Shown here: positions 39,305 through 52,350 of the stretch, piece after piece
Layout of the letters: every line of letters starts with the position of its first letter
Position numbering within the stretch: position 1 is the stretch's first letter
Source of the DNA: Rhynchobatus australiae
Lineage: Eukaryota
Assembly: GCA_034780895.1 (NCBI GenBank)
Contig: JAUZTB010000001.1
Coordinates: forward strand, 97,219,984 to 97,283,983
DNA: 64,000 bases
Direction of reading: 5' to 3'
Notes under the pieces: generated by a model
The model's input: the letters and a program-made list of their open reading frames with translations, nothing else
Databases searched by the model: none
Told to the model about the DNA's origin: nothing
Position numbers and translations under genes: made by a program

Positions 39305-40900
39305 TTTTTTAATCTTATTTATTTTTTTAGGATCTGGGCATCATTGGTAAGGCCACCATTTATTGACCAAAGCTAATTACCCTTGAGAAGGTGATGGTGA
39401 GCCACTCTTTTGAACTACCTTAATTCTCTGATGAAGGTACTCTTACAATGCTTTTGGGAAGGAATATCCAGGATTCAATCCAGTGACAAGGAAGGACTGC
39501 TGATGTATTTCCAAAATCTATTTCCAGTTCCAGAATTTTGTGTTCACATCTTGCTGCTAGTAATCTAAAATTAACAGCTAGTCTTAGCAATAAACTTCTC
39601 AAAAACTCTGGATTGCTGTACAAAACCCCCACCGCTCTTCAGGGCATGAAATCTGCCATCGTTATATAGTGTGGCCAATCTTTGACTCCAGATCCTTCCC
39701 CTTCCTAAATGTCGTCTGAAAGGGCTAAACAAGCCAGTCAGTTTAAGAGTAATTAGGGATGGGCAATAAATGCCAGCCTTTCCAGTAAATAAAATCTTGA
39801 AAAATGAATTAAACAAAAATCAGGATGATACATGACTTGGAAGGGGACCTGCAAGTAATGGGATCCTGTTGCACCTACTTCCCTTGCCATCTTGGTGGTG
39901 GAGGTGTTGCTGGAATAGCCAAAACAAGTAATTGCAGTATGTAGCACAGGCAAAGAATGATTACAATGATGGATGGAATACTATTTAAGAATGTCGCTTT
40001 ATCCTGGATGGAGAATAATACAAACCTGAGCAATTTTCCATGTTGTCTAATAGGTGCCAGTGTTGTAAACAATGCTGGAACACCTTGGCTTGGAGGTCTG
40101 GCCTGTCATTTATGCTCATCAGAATTCAGCCGATGGTGGTGCTACCATGCCACTCTTAATGATGGATATTGAAGTCTCCCATCCAACTATGTTCTGCATC
40201 TTTCCTACTTTCAGTGCTTCTTCCAAGTGTTGTTCAACATGGAACAGCACTAATTCATCAGCTGAGATAGAGCAATAGATGGTAATCAGCACATTTTCTT
40301 GTCCATGTTGATCTGATGCCTTGAGAGTTCAGTTTCTGGAGTCAGTGTTAAGAATTCTCTTGCACCTGTTATAATAATGGGATGAGCATAAGCAGTAGGA
40401 ACAGAAATAGGCCTTCTGGCCCTTAAGCCTGTTCTGTCAATCATCAGTGCCCTTTTCCAGCACTATCATTATAGCCTTGATTCTATTAACATTTAGAAAT
40501 CTGTTGATCTCTCTTCTGAATGAACAGATGCCATGATATTGGATATACCCAGAAAATGTGATTAAAAAGGCTGGCACACTACATGGTATGTTTTTGTGAG
40601 TAGGATTAGGCCAGACTGTTGCTTTACTAGTCTATGAAACACCTCTCTCAGTTTAGACATTGGTGATAAGGGCTTTTCAGAGTCAAATGAACTTTATTGT
40701 CTCCAAAAATGCTGCAAGATAGTCTGTCCAGTTTTATCCTTTCTCTGTTTGAATGAAGCAGTTAAGGATACAACTGAGTGGTTTGCTAATCCATTTAAAA
40801 ATCAAGCACATGATGTGGGCCTGGAGTCACACAAAGGCCAAAGTTGTTACCAATTGCTTCATTGCCATTGCTGATTTTGGGAACTGCATCACTAATCTCA
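39305..40900 (-). mobile_element. Decayed LINE (family of 21625) interrupted by a + strand SINE (39519-39815) and a CR1 tail (about 40385-40525)
   Basis: gatgtatttccaaaatc (to 39518) resumes as aaaatcaggatg...gacttggaaggggacctgca (39816), collinear with the uninterrupted copy at 21795-21845. Confidence 0.6.
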
Positions 40901-42274
40901 GCCTGTGTAGTCCCACTAACTTCCTGTGGCTAATGGCATCCGGCTCCCAACCTGGAGCCTTTTTTCCAGGTATCCTCTCTCAAGTCTGGAATATCTCGTC
41001 TGATCTACAGTTTTTGCACAATTGTCCACAAACTTCTCCCGTAACAATTACGTTTTTACTATCCGTTGCAGGGGGTGTTAAAATTAAAATTAGACAGCTA
41101 TTATGACAGACCATTTGATGTTTTACAGTACTCCTTGCAAGAAGTTGTGAGAGGACAGAACTGTAAAGTACAGATTTTTTGAATCCTGTATGCGTAATGC
41201 AGTGTGAAGGATAATGTGTGTGTTATTCATATTAGGGAAGGAAAATATGTTGGTATCCATGATGCACACAAAAAGATGGCCAGTGGCCAGTCTGCTGCTC
41301 TTTCTGCCATGTCAGGTCATTAAAACTTTTTCTGGCAATGGTCTGCAATAATAGGGGTGAAAAAAAATCAGCACAGAGCTATTTCCATGCGAAGGCTGCA
41401 TGAGCTGCTTTTCTAAGCTATCCGCTCCTTTCATCCAAATCTTGGATTAAAATTTTGGGATTTCTGTCTCCTTCCTGTCCTGTGCTTTCTCCTTTGGCTG
41501 CTTCTGCCTGTCCTTCCACTGGAAGATATTCTTTAGAAGCGACACAAAATCTGCCATGAATCATCCATTATGATATCTTGTAATTAACTTGCTCTCGGAA
41601 AATATCTGCAGCTGACACTGACACGCACCAGGCTGCTGCCGAAATCTTCAGCTTTTCCAGGCTTTTTTAAAGCTCCACTGTATGTGTTCAACACTCAGAT
41701 CTCAGTCCTCTGTGTCACAGCAGAGATACAGAATTAGCATTCAAGTGGGACAAACTCCAGGGCCTTTATTGTCCTAAAATGAGGAAAAATAAAATACTGG
41801 ATTAAACATTAATTCTAATTTATTTGCAAGCCAAAGCTGAGCAACTATGTATACCACCATTTATTGATTGTTTTTGGGTGAAAACAGAAGCATTGGTTAT
41901 ATATGAATACAGTAAAGTATATATGGGCAAGTTCTCATGATAGTTAAAGCTAAGGAACTGTTGAACAAGCTGACATTACAATGTCACCAACTCAAATATA
42001 AGAATATAAATTAAATTTAAGAATTATGCAAAAATAATATCCTTCATTTGTTCAATTGCAGAATTAGATTTGATCTATTTGCATAATTGAAGAGTTTTGA
42101 AATATAAGGTTTTGTCCAAGTATTGACAGTACTGTAACTTCAGAATGTTTGGCAGCTATTTACAAGATAAATTAGCTTTGTTTATTTTTCAATTGAGTAT
42201 TTCTAGTTTGCCATATTGAGAGTTAATCATTGGGCAGGACATGGCAGAACCTCTTGACTTTACTTTGAGTAACC

Positions 42275-43145
42275 TTTCATCTTACTGTATTGCTTGAAAT
42301 TGAGTGTTATAGTAGCACTAAATGTTACAAAACTGGACTGAGGTCTTCCCTCACTTTCCCATCCCAATCTCTATTCCATGACTTACCTCTGTAGAAAATG
42401 CCAGTTCCGTTTGGGCTGCAGACATTGTATCCTGCACAGTGGTCCTGCTACCTCACTGACAAAACAGTTTAATATCTCTTTTGAAAGATAGTACCTCAAA
42501 CAAAAAAAAATCAGCCATAATAAAACTAAATGCTGGAAATACCAAGCATATGTGAAGACAGTTACAGATTTAATGCCTCAGGTTTGATGACCTATCATCA
42601 GAACTGGGTGTTTGTCATATGCATTAAAAGTGAAGTTCTCCTTTGAAAAATGTTTTATGATTTTAAAGAAATCTAGTTTTTATATTACTTAGCAGTATAC
42701 ATGCAATTTTCAATCCAGCACTCTTCATCCTTGTACTTCAATGTCTTTGATTTCATTTTCATTGCTGAGGCACCCTAGAGGTTTGACACATTAAATTATA
42801 AATTATCCTTAACATTTTTGCAGCTTTTATCCATGTTTATACCTGTAAGTTGATCACAAATAATTCAGACAAGTATCTAACTATAAAGATGCTTTCTTCG
42901 GAAAGTGCCCTGTGTAAAATGATCAAGACGATCAGGAGCACTTTGCAGTGGATTTTCATCTTACTGTATTGCTTGAGATTGAGCATTATAGTAGCACTAA
43001 ATGTTACAAAACTGGACTGAGGTCTTCCCTCACTTTCCCATCCTAATCTCTATTCCATGACTTAACTCTGTAGAAAATGCCAGTTCTGTTTGGGCTGCAG
43101 ACTTTGTATCGTACACACTGGTCCTTCTATATCACTGACAAAACA
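42275..43145 (+). repeat. Spaced direct duplication: 42275-42466 and 42954-43145 (192 bp each)
   Basis: Ungapped manual alignment gives 13 mismatches in 192 bp (about 93% identity); 487-bp spacer. Confidence 0.92.
42520..42608 (-). mobile_element. Short Penelope-end fragment with hammerhead remnant
   Basis: aaatgctggaaatacc...; minus strand cagttCTGATGAtaggtcatcaaacctGAGGcattaa at about 42570-42606. Confidence 0.55.
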
Positions 43146-43334
43146 TTCTCAAACAATTGAACCCCAGCCCAGGAACGTGGATTGGGTTATGGAAGGGTTA
43201 TAAAGTTTTATTGAATGTTATCCTATCAAGAAGATCCAATCCATTATATTAGAAAAAAAGGAGTTTGAAATTTTCATTGCAATATCTGTTTATTTTCATG
43301 TCTTTCCCAACAAAAGGTATTGTATGAAAATCAA

Positions 43335-43500
43335 ATAAACTGTTGGAAGTCTGAAATGAAAACAGAAAGTGCTGGAAACAGCAAGTCCAACAGCACTTGT
43401 GGATAAAAAAAACAGTTATTATTTCAGAAACATTAACTGTTTCTCCCTTCTCAGATGCTGCCTCACCTGCTGAGTGTTTCCAACATTTTCCGTTTCTATT
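43335..43500. mobile_element. Palindromic Penelope-end insertion (centre deleted)
   Basis: tctgaaatgaaaacagaaagtgctggaaaca...aacagtta / taactgtttctccc...cagatgctgcctcacctgctgagtgtttccaacattttc. Confidence 0.65.
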
Positions 43501-43589
43501 GTGATTTAATTGGCAAGTTACTCTTGTAAGAGGTCTACTTCAACAAACTAATATTTATCAACAGGGCAATTTTCTAATTCTTTAATGAA

Positions 43590-44935
43590 CACAGGGCTTT
43601 CGTAAGACCACCCATGAAGTACTGTGTGCAGTCTTGGTTTCCCTATCTAGGACAGGATATATTTATCTTGGANNNNNNNNNNGATCTAGATTCTTTAGAT
43701 TGAAGGATGTAGGCATTGTTCATTGAGGAAAGATTAAGATTTGTCTATTTTCACTGGTGTTTAGGAGAATGTCAGCTAATCTCATTGAAGCATAAGAATC
43801 TGAAAAGAACTGACAGAGTAGGTGCTGAGAGGTTGTTTCCTTAGGTTGGATAGTGATGTTATTTGACTTGTCAGATGTGTAATTTAATTGAGGGTACAAA
43901 AATAGGCAAAAAATTAGAAACCAATTTTAGGACAATGGAGAATATTATACATTAAACTTGCAGGTTGATTGATAATGAACAGTTTAGGAGACAATGGGTT
44001 GAATTGTGCTGGCAGTGGCTACAGCTTTGGACTGACCAGGATTCAGCTGTTCCCACATAACTCTGAGACTTGCACAGACTGCTATAACTCATGGACTTAC
44101 CAAGTGAACAGGTGCTGCTACATTTGTCACTCTGCTCCAAAGCGAACTCCACATTGATTCCATGCTCAAGAGTTCTGTCTTGATTGAACTTCCCAGCATT
44201 GTGCTGGCGAATCTGCCTCACTGATCTTATGCTGAGTCAGACTGGTGTGGGATCCAAAACCTGCATATTTCATTCAGGATTATTGGCTTTGAGAATGTAA
44301 AAAAATCATTTCATGCTAGTCTAATTTTAATTTGTTTGATTATCGTTATTTACCTGAATATCAAAGAGATTTAAGAACTATAATATTATTCCACAAGTTT
44401 TGACAGGAAACAAAGTTCTTCCCCCAACTTGGCCTCCTGTCAAAGGCTGTCAGCAGCATCCTCACTGCACCTCACAAGTAATACTCTAGATACAGAGCCA
44501 AGCGAATGAATGTTGTGGAAAGTGAACCTGAATAGTAGTCTGGGTCCAGCAGGATTTGGCCCATTGTCTCAGGGTGGAAGGAGTCAGTCATTTAGCACTG
44601 ATGACAAGGAAGTTATTTCCTCAAATAGTAAATCTTCAAAATTTTCTAGCTCAGATTATATTCCAAAATTAAATTGGTATGTTTAGGGACAATGGGGAAT
44701 CAAGAGGTATGAGAATCAGTTGTGAAAAGAAGACTTGGAAGTATTGGTTTGGCTGTTATGTCAAAGCTGGCTTGACAGGTGAATGGGTTATTCCTGATTC
44801 CTTGTTGCTCNNNNNNNNNNNNNNNNNNNNNNNNNNNNNNNNNNNNNNNNNNNNNNNNNNNNNNNNNNNNNNNNNNNNNNNNNNNNNNNNNNNNNNNNNN
44901 NNNNNNNNNNGATTCCTTGTTGCTCTATTTCTTAC
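43590..44935 (+). mobile_element. Old CR1 3' end in two pieces (about 43590-43850 and 44550-44935)
   Basis: gtaagaccacccatgaagtactgtgtgcagtcttgg (VRPH.EYCVQ.W-like) and a later 3' UTR tail gaatgggttattcctgattcc. Confidence 0.5.
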
Positions 44936-46883
44936 TGCAGAGGTTACTTCAAACCAATACTGGATTCAAATCAATACATCCTGGATATTCCTTGTATTCA
45001 CAAGTGTTACCTAATTTCTATGAGAATTGTATTTCGACGTGATTATGGTATATATGCAATGAACTGCAACTGTCAAAAATAGACAAGTGGTAATTGTATC
45101 AGAGACGAAGTTATTCTGGAACGTGAACTAACCCACTTACAGTTTTAAATGGAGGAAGGGTGAGGAACAGGAAACCAATCTGTTTGTGTGGGAACTGGTT
45201 CTTCATCTAAGTGATATAATGAAGCTACCTGCTATTGTATAAGCCACAAGTCACTGGGTTTCCTTGTCCTCAGGGAAGTCAGCAGCTGAAGATAACCTAT
45301 TCGTGCTGAATCCAAGAGGAAGTAAAATGCCTCTGTCGTGCTGGAAATAGAATGGGAAGAGTAGAACTGGTTCTTCTCAGACCAACAAGCTACCCTGATA
45401 TCCCATCCACTATCAGAACCCCTCCCATTGAACCACCCTCTATGATTGGATCAATTCCCTACCAACCTAACCACCACTGTTAGTATGTGAATATTTCCAA
45501 AATGTTGGTCCTGCTCTTTGCCTTTTCCTTCCATTCTTCTGCAACTTAAACCTGTTCATCAGCTCTCCATTCAACATAATTTTAAATCCTTGCAGATGCT
45601 AGCTGATCATTTAACCTGTCACAGTGATACACACTCCTTACACCTGGACCAATCTGCATGAAATTATGTGGGCGCACCTAAGCTGGCAAATGAGAGTACT
45701 CCAGTGCAGTCCTGCTGGTAGTGTGTCAAGACCAGAATTTATTATTAGACGTGAGAGATTCATATATTGTTGCAGGAATGAGAATGTGATTAGAAGTCTT
45801 TGAACAACCCAATGAAAATATCTGTTAACTTCACACTGATTTAATTAAAGAATAAAGTTTAATCAGAAGTTTTGCAAGTCATTCATAAACAATTGTTATT
45901 ACTGACAATATCGTAGAGAAATAAACTGAAATGATGACTGAATTCTGGGCCACTTACTATTTCATACATAACCTAAAGCAAAAATGAACAATGGAATGCA
46001 AGTTTTACTTTGTAACCGGGATAGCATTGCTTAGAAGCTGCGTGTGGTACATTCGAATAGCTGGTTTTGATGTTTGTGATAAGATTCTATCAGCAAGGGA
46101 CCAAAGTTGTTATGGTTACCAATAGAAGGAAATCTTTGTCCTCCTTACTGGAAAAGAACAACTAACACTAGTTGAACCAGCACAGTCTGATGTATTCCAT
46201 GATNNNNNNNNNNNNNNNNNNNNNNNNNNNNNNNNNNNNNNNNNNNNNNGAAACCTTATTTAAAAAAAAGTGATTCGGAGATCCGCACAACTCTTTCATT
46301 TCGTTGGACATCTTTAGGCTAAAAAAATGTGGATATAAAAATATTACAGGCAAGATAAGATCAACCAAACTATTCCTTCCGTTATACACAAAATGGTGTT
46401 TTATAGATTGCAGATGATACTTTATTGCTAAAAGGGAACATGTATAACTTTACAGTTTGTGCCCTAATTACTGCTGTACAAAGGAAGAAACTATAAGGGC
46501 AAATCTGGTTGATTTAAAACTTACCACTGAAATTACTTTGTGAATTGTAATCATCATTCAGAAAATTAAATTGAATGAATCACTTGACTAAACCCAAAGG
46601 TCACATTAGGACATAACAAATGCACGCCCATCTCGGTCATCCCTGCCTAGACCTTCCTGCTAATGTCTGGGGCAAGTTGTCTAACAGAATAAATGAGCCA
46701 CAGCTTGAAATAGTAGTATTTGCCACAGATGTTAGCAGGAAGGAAAGCCTCTTTTATGCAAAGAGTGGCAGAAGGTAGTATCTTCACTCTCTGTGTTTAA
46801 ATAAAACTCACCCCTAACATTACCAACAATCTACCTCATTATGACCTTGCACCCAATTGTCTACCTGCACTGCACTTTCTNNN

Positions 46884-46954
<71 letters not shown>
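46884..46954. repeat. (TC)n microsatellite, about 35 units
   Basis: Read directly; next to a 3-N gap. Source of the spurious SLSL and RERE ORFs. Confidence 0.95.
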
Positions 46955-46959
<5 letters not shown>

Positions 46960-47114
46960 TGGTGTTTGTCTCTCCTTCAGACTAACTCCGACTGGTTGTT
47001 TCAAAAACAGCGTCATGACGTTCTTTATCTCCTGTTGATGTAAGCATGCCACACACACACACACACACACACACAATCTTAAAGTAACCTTACTAATAGT
47101 CCTAGTCCGTAACA
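46955..47114 (-). mobile_element. Partial LTR of the same family as 25165-26001
   Basis: ttcaaaaaca...gtaagcatgcc(ac)n...atcttaaag...cctagtccgtaaca matches 25860-26001, including the terminal CGTAACA. Confidence 0.75.
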
Positions 47115-49230
47115 GTCTCATAATTTTAAAAACCTCTAGAGGGTCTCCCCTCAGCCTCCAACGCTCTAAGAACAACCCAAATTTGTCCAAACTTTCCTAC
47201 TTTCCTTATAGCTCATGCCCTCTAATCCAGGCAGCATCCTGGTAAACCTCTTCTACACCCTCTCCACAGTCTCCACATCCTTCCAATAATGGGACAGCCA
47301 GAAATGCATGCAATACCCTGGGTGCAGTCTGACTAAAGTTTTATATAAGTGCAGCATGACTTCCTTACTCTCACACTCAACACCCCTACCAATGAAGGCA
47401 CATATTCCATACACCTTCTTTACCACCTTATCCACTTGCATAGCCACTTTCATTGAACGATGGACTTGGACCCCAGGATCCCTCTGTACCTTAATGCTAT
47501 TAAGGAGCCTACCATTAACTGTATACTTTCTCTTTTCATTTGACCTCCCAAAGTGCAAAACCTTGCACTTGCCTGGGTTAAACTCCTTCTGCCACTGCTC
47601 CGTCCATTTCTCTAACTGATCTACATCCTGCTGTATTCTTTGATAATCTTTCATATGTTCACAACTCCACTAATCTTGGTGTCATCTGTAAACTTGCTAA
47701 TCCACCATCTACCTTTTCAACCAAATCATTGATATATATCACAAACAACTGAGGTCCCAGCACTGATCCTTATGGAACACCACTGGTCACGGACCTCCAG
47801 CCAGAATAACAGCCTTCCACCCCTACTCTCTCTCTTCTAAGGGCAAGCCAGTTCTGAATCCAAACTTGCAATTTATGCTGGATCCCATGTATATTTATCT
47901 TCTGAATCAACAAATCATGAAGGACTTTGTCAAATGCCTCACTAAAGTCTATGTAGATAATGCCCACTGCCTTACCCTCATCACGCAGCTTTGTCACCTC
48001 CTCAAAAAACTCAATCCAGTTAGTAAGACGTGACCTGTCCCCCACAAAGCCATGCTGACTGTCCCTGAGCAGGCCATGCTTTTCCAACTGTGCATAAATC
48101 CTATCCCTCAGTACCCTCGCCAATAGCTTCCCTACCACTGACCTGAGGCTCACTGGCCTATAATTACCTGGATTATTCCTACTTCCATTCTCGAACAAAG
48201 GCACAACATTTGCTACTCTCCAGTCCTCCAGGACCTTGTATGTTGCTAGTGAAGATGAAAATATCTTTGTCAAAGCCCCAGCAATCTCCTTACTTACTCC
48301 GTTCAGTATTCTGGGATATATTCCATCAGGCCTCGGGGACTTATCCAGAGAAGACACAGCACTACCTCCTCCTTCATCTCAAAATATCCCAGCACATTAG
48401 CATGTCCCACTCTGTTTTCACTATCCTCCAACTTCTTCTCCTCAGTAAATACCGATGCAAGGTACTCATTTACTGCCTCAGCCACTTGCTCTGACACTAA
48501 GCACAAATTCCCTCCTTTATCCTTGAGTGGACCTACTTTCTCCTTAGTTATCCGCTTTTCCTTAATATAAATATAAAATTCCTTGGGATTATACTTGACC
48601 CTGCTCGCTAAGGACATTTCATGGCCTCTTCTGGCCTTCCTAATCACCTGCTTGAGCACTTTCATGCTACCTTTATATTCCACCCGGGCCCAGTCTGATT
48701 TTAGCTTCCTAAACCTTCTGTAGGCGTCCTTCTTCTTCCCCTGAGGACCTCTCAGGTCATCCACGGTTCCCTTACCTTACCATCCTTGTCCTTACTCCTT
48801 CCTGGAACATGCTGATCCTGAACTCTGATCAGCTGGTCTTTAAACAACTCCCACACGTCAGACATGGACTTGTCCAACAGCAGCTGCTTCCAATCAATGC
48901 CCCTTGGCTCCAACCTTATTCTGTTGTAATTTTCCCTTATCCAGTTTAGTACATTTCCGCAAGATCCAATTTTAGCCTTATTCGTAACTATCTTAAAACA
49001 TAATAAATTGTGGTCATTATTCCCACCATAAGGTGTGTCACCTGGACTGGTTCATTTCCCAAAACAAAGTCCAGTCATCTAGCTGGACTCTCCACACATG
49101 GTTTCAAGAACCCCTCTTGGATGCACTGAAGAAAGGCTGTCCCATCTAAGCTCCTTGTATTAAGGGAGTTTCAATCAATCCTCGGGAAGTTAAGGTCCCC
49201 CACTATGACAACCAATTGTTCTTGCCAATC
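47115..49230 (-). mobile_element. CR1 LINE ORF2 remnant of about 2.1 kb, frameshifted
   Basis: ORFs 48303..48764, 47770..48357 (KSPRPDGIYPRIL, DWRVANVVPLF, NYRPVSL, QHGF, YIDFSEAFDKV, VTSGVP) and 47253..47654 (W...FNPGKCKVLHFG) are consecutive pieces of CR1 RT. Confidence 0.92.
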
Positions 49231-49437
49231 TACCTGTCACAGAGCAGCATTGGTGAATGTGGCAATTCCACAGTCTGCAGAGAATAATTTCAGGCTCCAC
49301 TCTGTGGACACCATCCACTGTGTCATATTATCATTGTGAAAGATAGGATAGATGAGGATCAGATCTAACTGCTCAAAACAGTGCATCTATGAGCACCTGT
49401 GATCCATCATTAGCAACAGAACTATATGTATCACTGA

Positions 49438-49568
49438 GACACAAGTGATTGTAAAGGCTGGACTCTGGAGCAACAAACAATCTGCTGGAGGAACTCGTAG
49501 CATCAAGCAGCATCTGTGGGAGGGAAAGGAATTGATGACGGTTTGGGTCGAGACCCTGCATCAGGACT
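49438..49568 (-). mobile_element. Penelope 3'-end insertion with hammerhead remnant
   Basis: Clearly homologous to 54036-54167; minus strand agtcCTGATGCa gggtctcgaccc AAACCGTC. Confidence 0.7.
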
Positions 49569-52261
49569 ATATCACAATCTGCAATGTGTTGGGCCAGCAT
49601 ACTCTTCATCCTTCCTTTACCATTGAGACAGATGATTTACCCTGGTTCAAGGAAGGATATAAAAGAGTATGTGAGAATGGCACTACATGTACTTGGTGAG
49701 GGGACAGTGGAACTGTTCTATGGCTGGAGTCTAATCTGTTACAAGGGAATATAATTTTTAAGAGAAAGGGAGAAGAGTTGAGAGTGAAAAGGGAAAAGAA
49801 GCAGATTAAGTTGGATCTTGCCGGCTATTAGCAGTGACTTCACATGGAGTCAGGTGGTGGAGCACAATTTTGCTGAAATTTCCCAGGATTACAAAAGATA
49901 ATGATCTCTCAGAACCGATGCTGGATCCATTGATTTAATGGAGATTGATGGGCAAAGCTTCAGGAGACCAATTAATTGAGTCATTTTGGACATTTTAATA
50001 ATGCAGTAGTTTTGATGAGTTGTAATTTCCCAAGAGAGTTGAACATTTTAACAGTAATATTATAACAATCACGTGCTATTTCCCTTTGCAACATTAATGT
50101 GTTAGAGTAAGTTTTTAATTTTTTAATTTACTTCAAGTTTAATAGTTTTCATTTTCTAAGCACCAGAGACACTTAACGTAAAAATTACTTGCAACTAGTA
50201 AAATGTAATATCACAAAAACTGACACTCGTTGAATTTCAAAACCAACTGATTAGCTCTTTTGTTTTGCTGACATTTAGAAACGATAAATGCCTCTTAACT
50301 TGAGAAAGAAGTTTTAATTGCTAACAGTAACAATTCAGAGGAAGAGTAAGAGAAACTCACAACAGAGTGGAAAAAGTAACAGTTGGTTTTCTCATTCCAT
50401 GTTAAATGATTTTTAAAAATGCTATCTTTTTATTTGAAGGGAATTAAAAGGAGCTTTGAGGGAAATGGACCAAACAGCCAAGAAAGGGAAAGAGGGAAAT
50501 AGGATCAGGGTGACAGGGATTTGAGATTAAAGAAGAAGTGAATGATAAAAGGACAAATAGAATGTCACGGAGTCATGAATAGGAACAGAAGAAGGCCTTT
50601 CGGCCCACTGTGTCCATGCTGACCATCAACTATCGAATTTTACTGATGATGTACTGTACTACCACCTTTGCTAATGGTATGGCCTAAAGAATGGTAGGAA
50701 GTAATGTGGTTAGTGAAATAGTTTAATGAGGAATAGATTAAGATTGTGATGTCTGTTAGGGCCTGGAGGGAAGATGTTTCCAATTGTGGTCAAGAAATTG
50801 GCTTGCAGAGCACCAAGTTTTGGTGCATTGAAAGATTCAATTTTGTTGAAAAATAAAACATGGAAGGAAAGCGAGGACTTAATGATGAGTTGTGCAATGT
50901 TCACAGATTTCCTTCTGGGTTCTCCATTTGTTTGGCACAACAGCACACAGAGGAATAGTGGCAAGAACTGCATCCCTAAATGTTATTCCCAGAATTTTCA
51001 TTAATGCAAAGATGATCTGCTGTTGGGACAGGCAAATCATGCAGAAAGGCATTCACTCTGCTTCTAAGATCTGCAAGTGTATTATCAAATGTAAACCTGC
51101 TTCATTGTTTTCTACAAACCCAGAGCCAGTGGCTCCACCATGACCACTTGTCTCCAGAATTCATTATGCCCTTGATCAACATAGATCAATAAATTTGAGA
51201 GTGAACTAAGGAAAACCTGAAGCATGGCTGGAATTTAACCATGTACAAGGAATTAAATTATAGACATGACAGAAGTGAGGAATCACAGGTGACGGGGGAT
51301 GGAATAAGAGTGACCCAAGAAATCAATGAACATGGCTTTGTACCTGTAGAAAATAAAATATATTTTATAAATTGCTTTGGGATATAAATTTATAAATAAT
51401 TAGACATTATTATAATTATTCAAACATATCTGTATTCCATCTGAAGCATCTGAATTCCAGTATCTCTGAACCAGATGAATTGAAAGTTACATTTTCTAAC
51501 ACAACAGATTTAGTTGTTCAGAATGTCCTTCAAAGCAGATCAGCAATGTATCTGAAACTTCCACTATTTGTCTTCAAGTACTTAAACTAAATTAGAACTC
51601 AATGTAACATTGCCCCTTTGCTGTTTTAGTATCATTCAGATAGCACAGTACAATTGTTATGCTACAATGCTGTTAAAATATTCAAATCCTCTGGGATATT
51701 TTAGTATTTTGAAACTGTGGTCCATTAGAATCTGCTCCACTCTGAAACAGTTCACCCCTTTTGACTATTTCTTGAGATCTGAGTCAAGTAGGTACAAGAA
51801 ATGATAATAAGGAGCTGTGAAATGCTGAAGCAAGCCATGACCAACTGTGGAGAGATTGTTGGATGATGGAAGTAATGTCATTATCCCTGTTTTATGGAAC
51901 AACATTATATCATGACAAATGTACAATTTAACAATTATTAGACTTGGCTGTTTAAATACACAAATAATAATATCATAAGAAGTATGTTACTCCTTGAAGC
52001 TCAGACTGATCAGCTGATATCACACGACACAAGAGGCTGGCTAGAAATATAATATTGGAATCACTAGAGGTTAGTTCATGGTTCAGAGGTAAGCACTGCA
52101 GAATGTTATCATATCATTGGATATATATTTATTACTGATACCTTCTGGAATACCTGACAGTTTTAAGGGGATGTTTGACTACAGGCCAGGTTTGAACATT
52201 ACCTTTAATTGATTTTTAGTGTTGTGCTGAAATTAACATTTAATTGTTCTCTGAATTTCAG

Positions 52262-52350
52262 AAAGCACAACCAGAAGAGCTGCTGAAGATATCCAAATAT
52301 TACGAAAAGTCAAAAGAGGAAGAGATAAAGTTACTGGATAAGCCAGAACA
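52262..52350 (+). CDS. FMN1: Formin-1-like coding exon 4 of 7
   Basis: tttcag|AAA...CA|gtaagg, 89 nt: KAQPEELLKISKYYEKSKEEEIKLLDKPE(Q). KYYE.SKEEE.KLLDKPEQ is FMN1-type. Confidence 0.95.

Noticed and set aside
43606-43614. Perfect GLI consensus GACCACCCA (attractive given SHH control of Grem1)
   Set aside because: It lies inside decayed CR1 ORF2 sequence (gtaagaccac...tactgtgtgcag); a single isolated match.
47253-48764. Active LINE reverse transcriptase
   Set aside because: ORF2 is broken into at least three frames with stops, lacks an intact 5' end and is cut at its 3' end by an LTR fragment.
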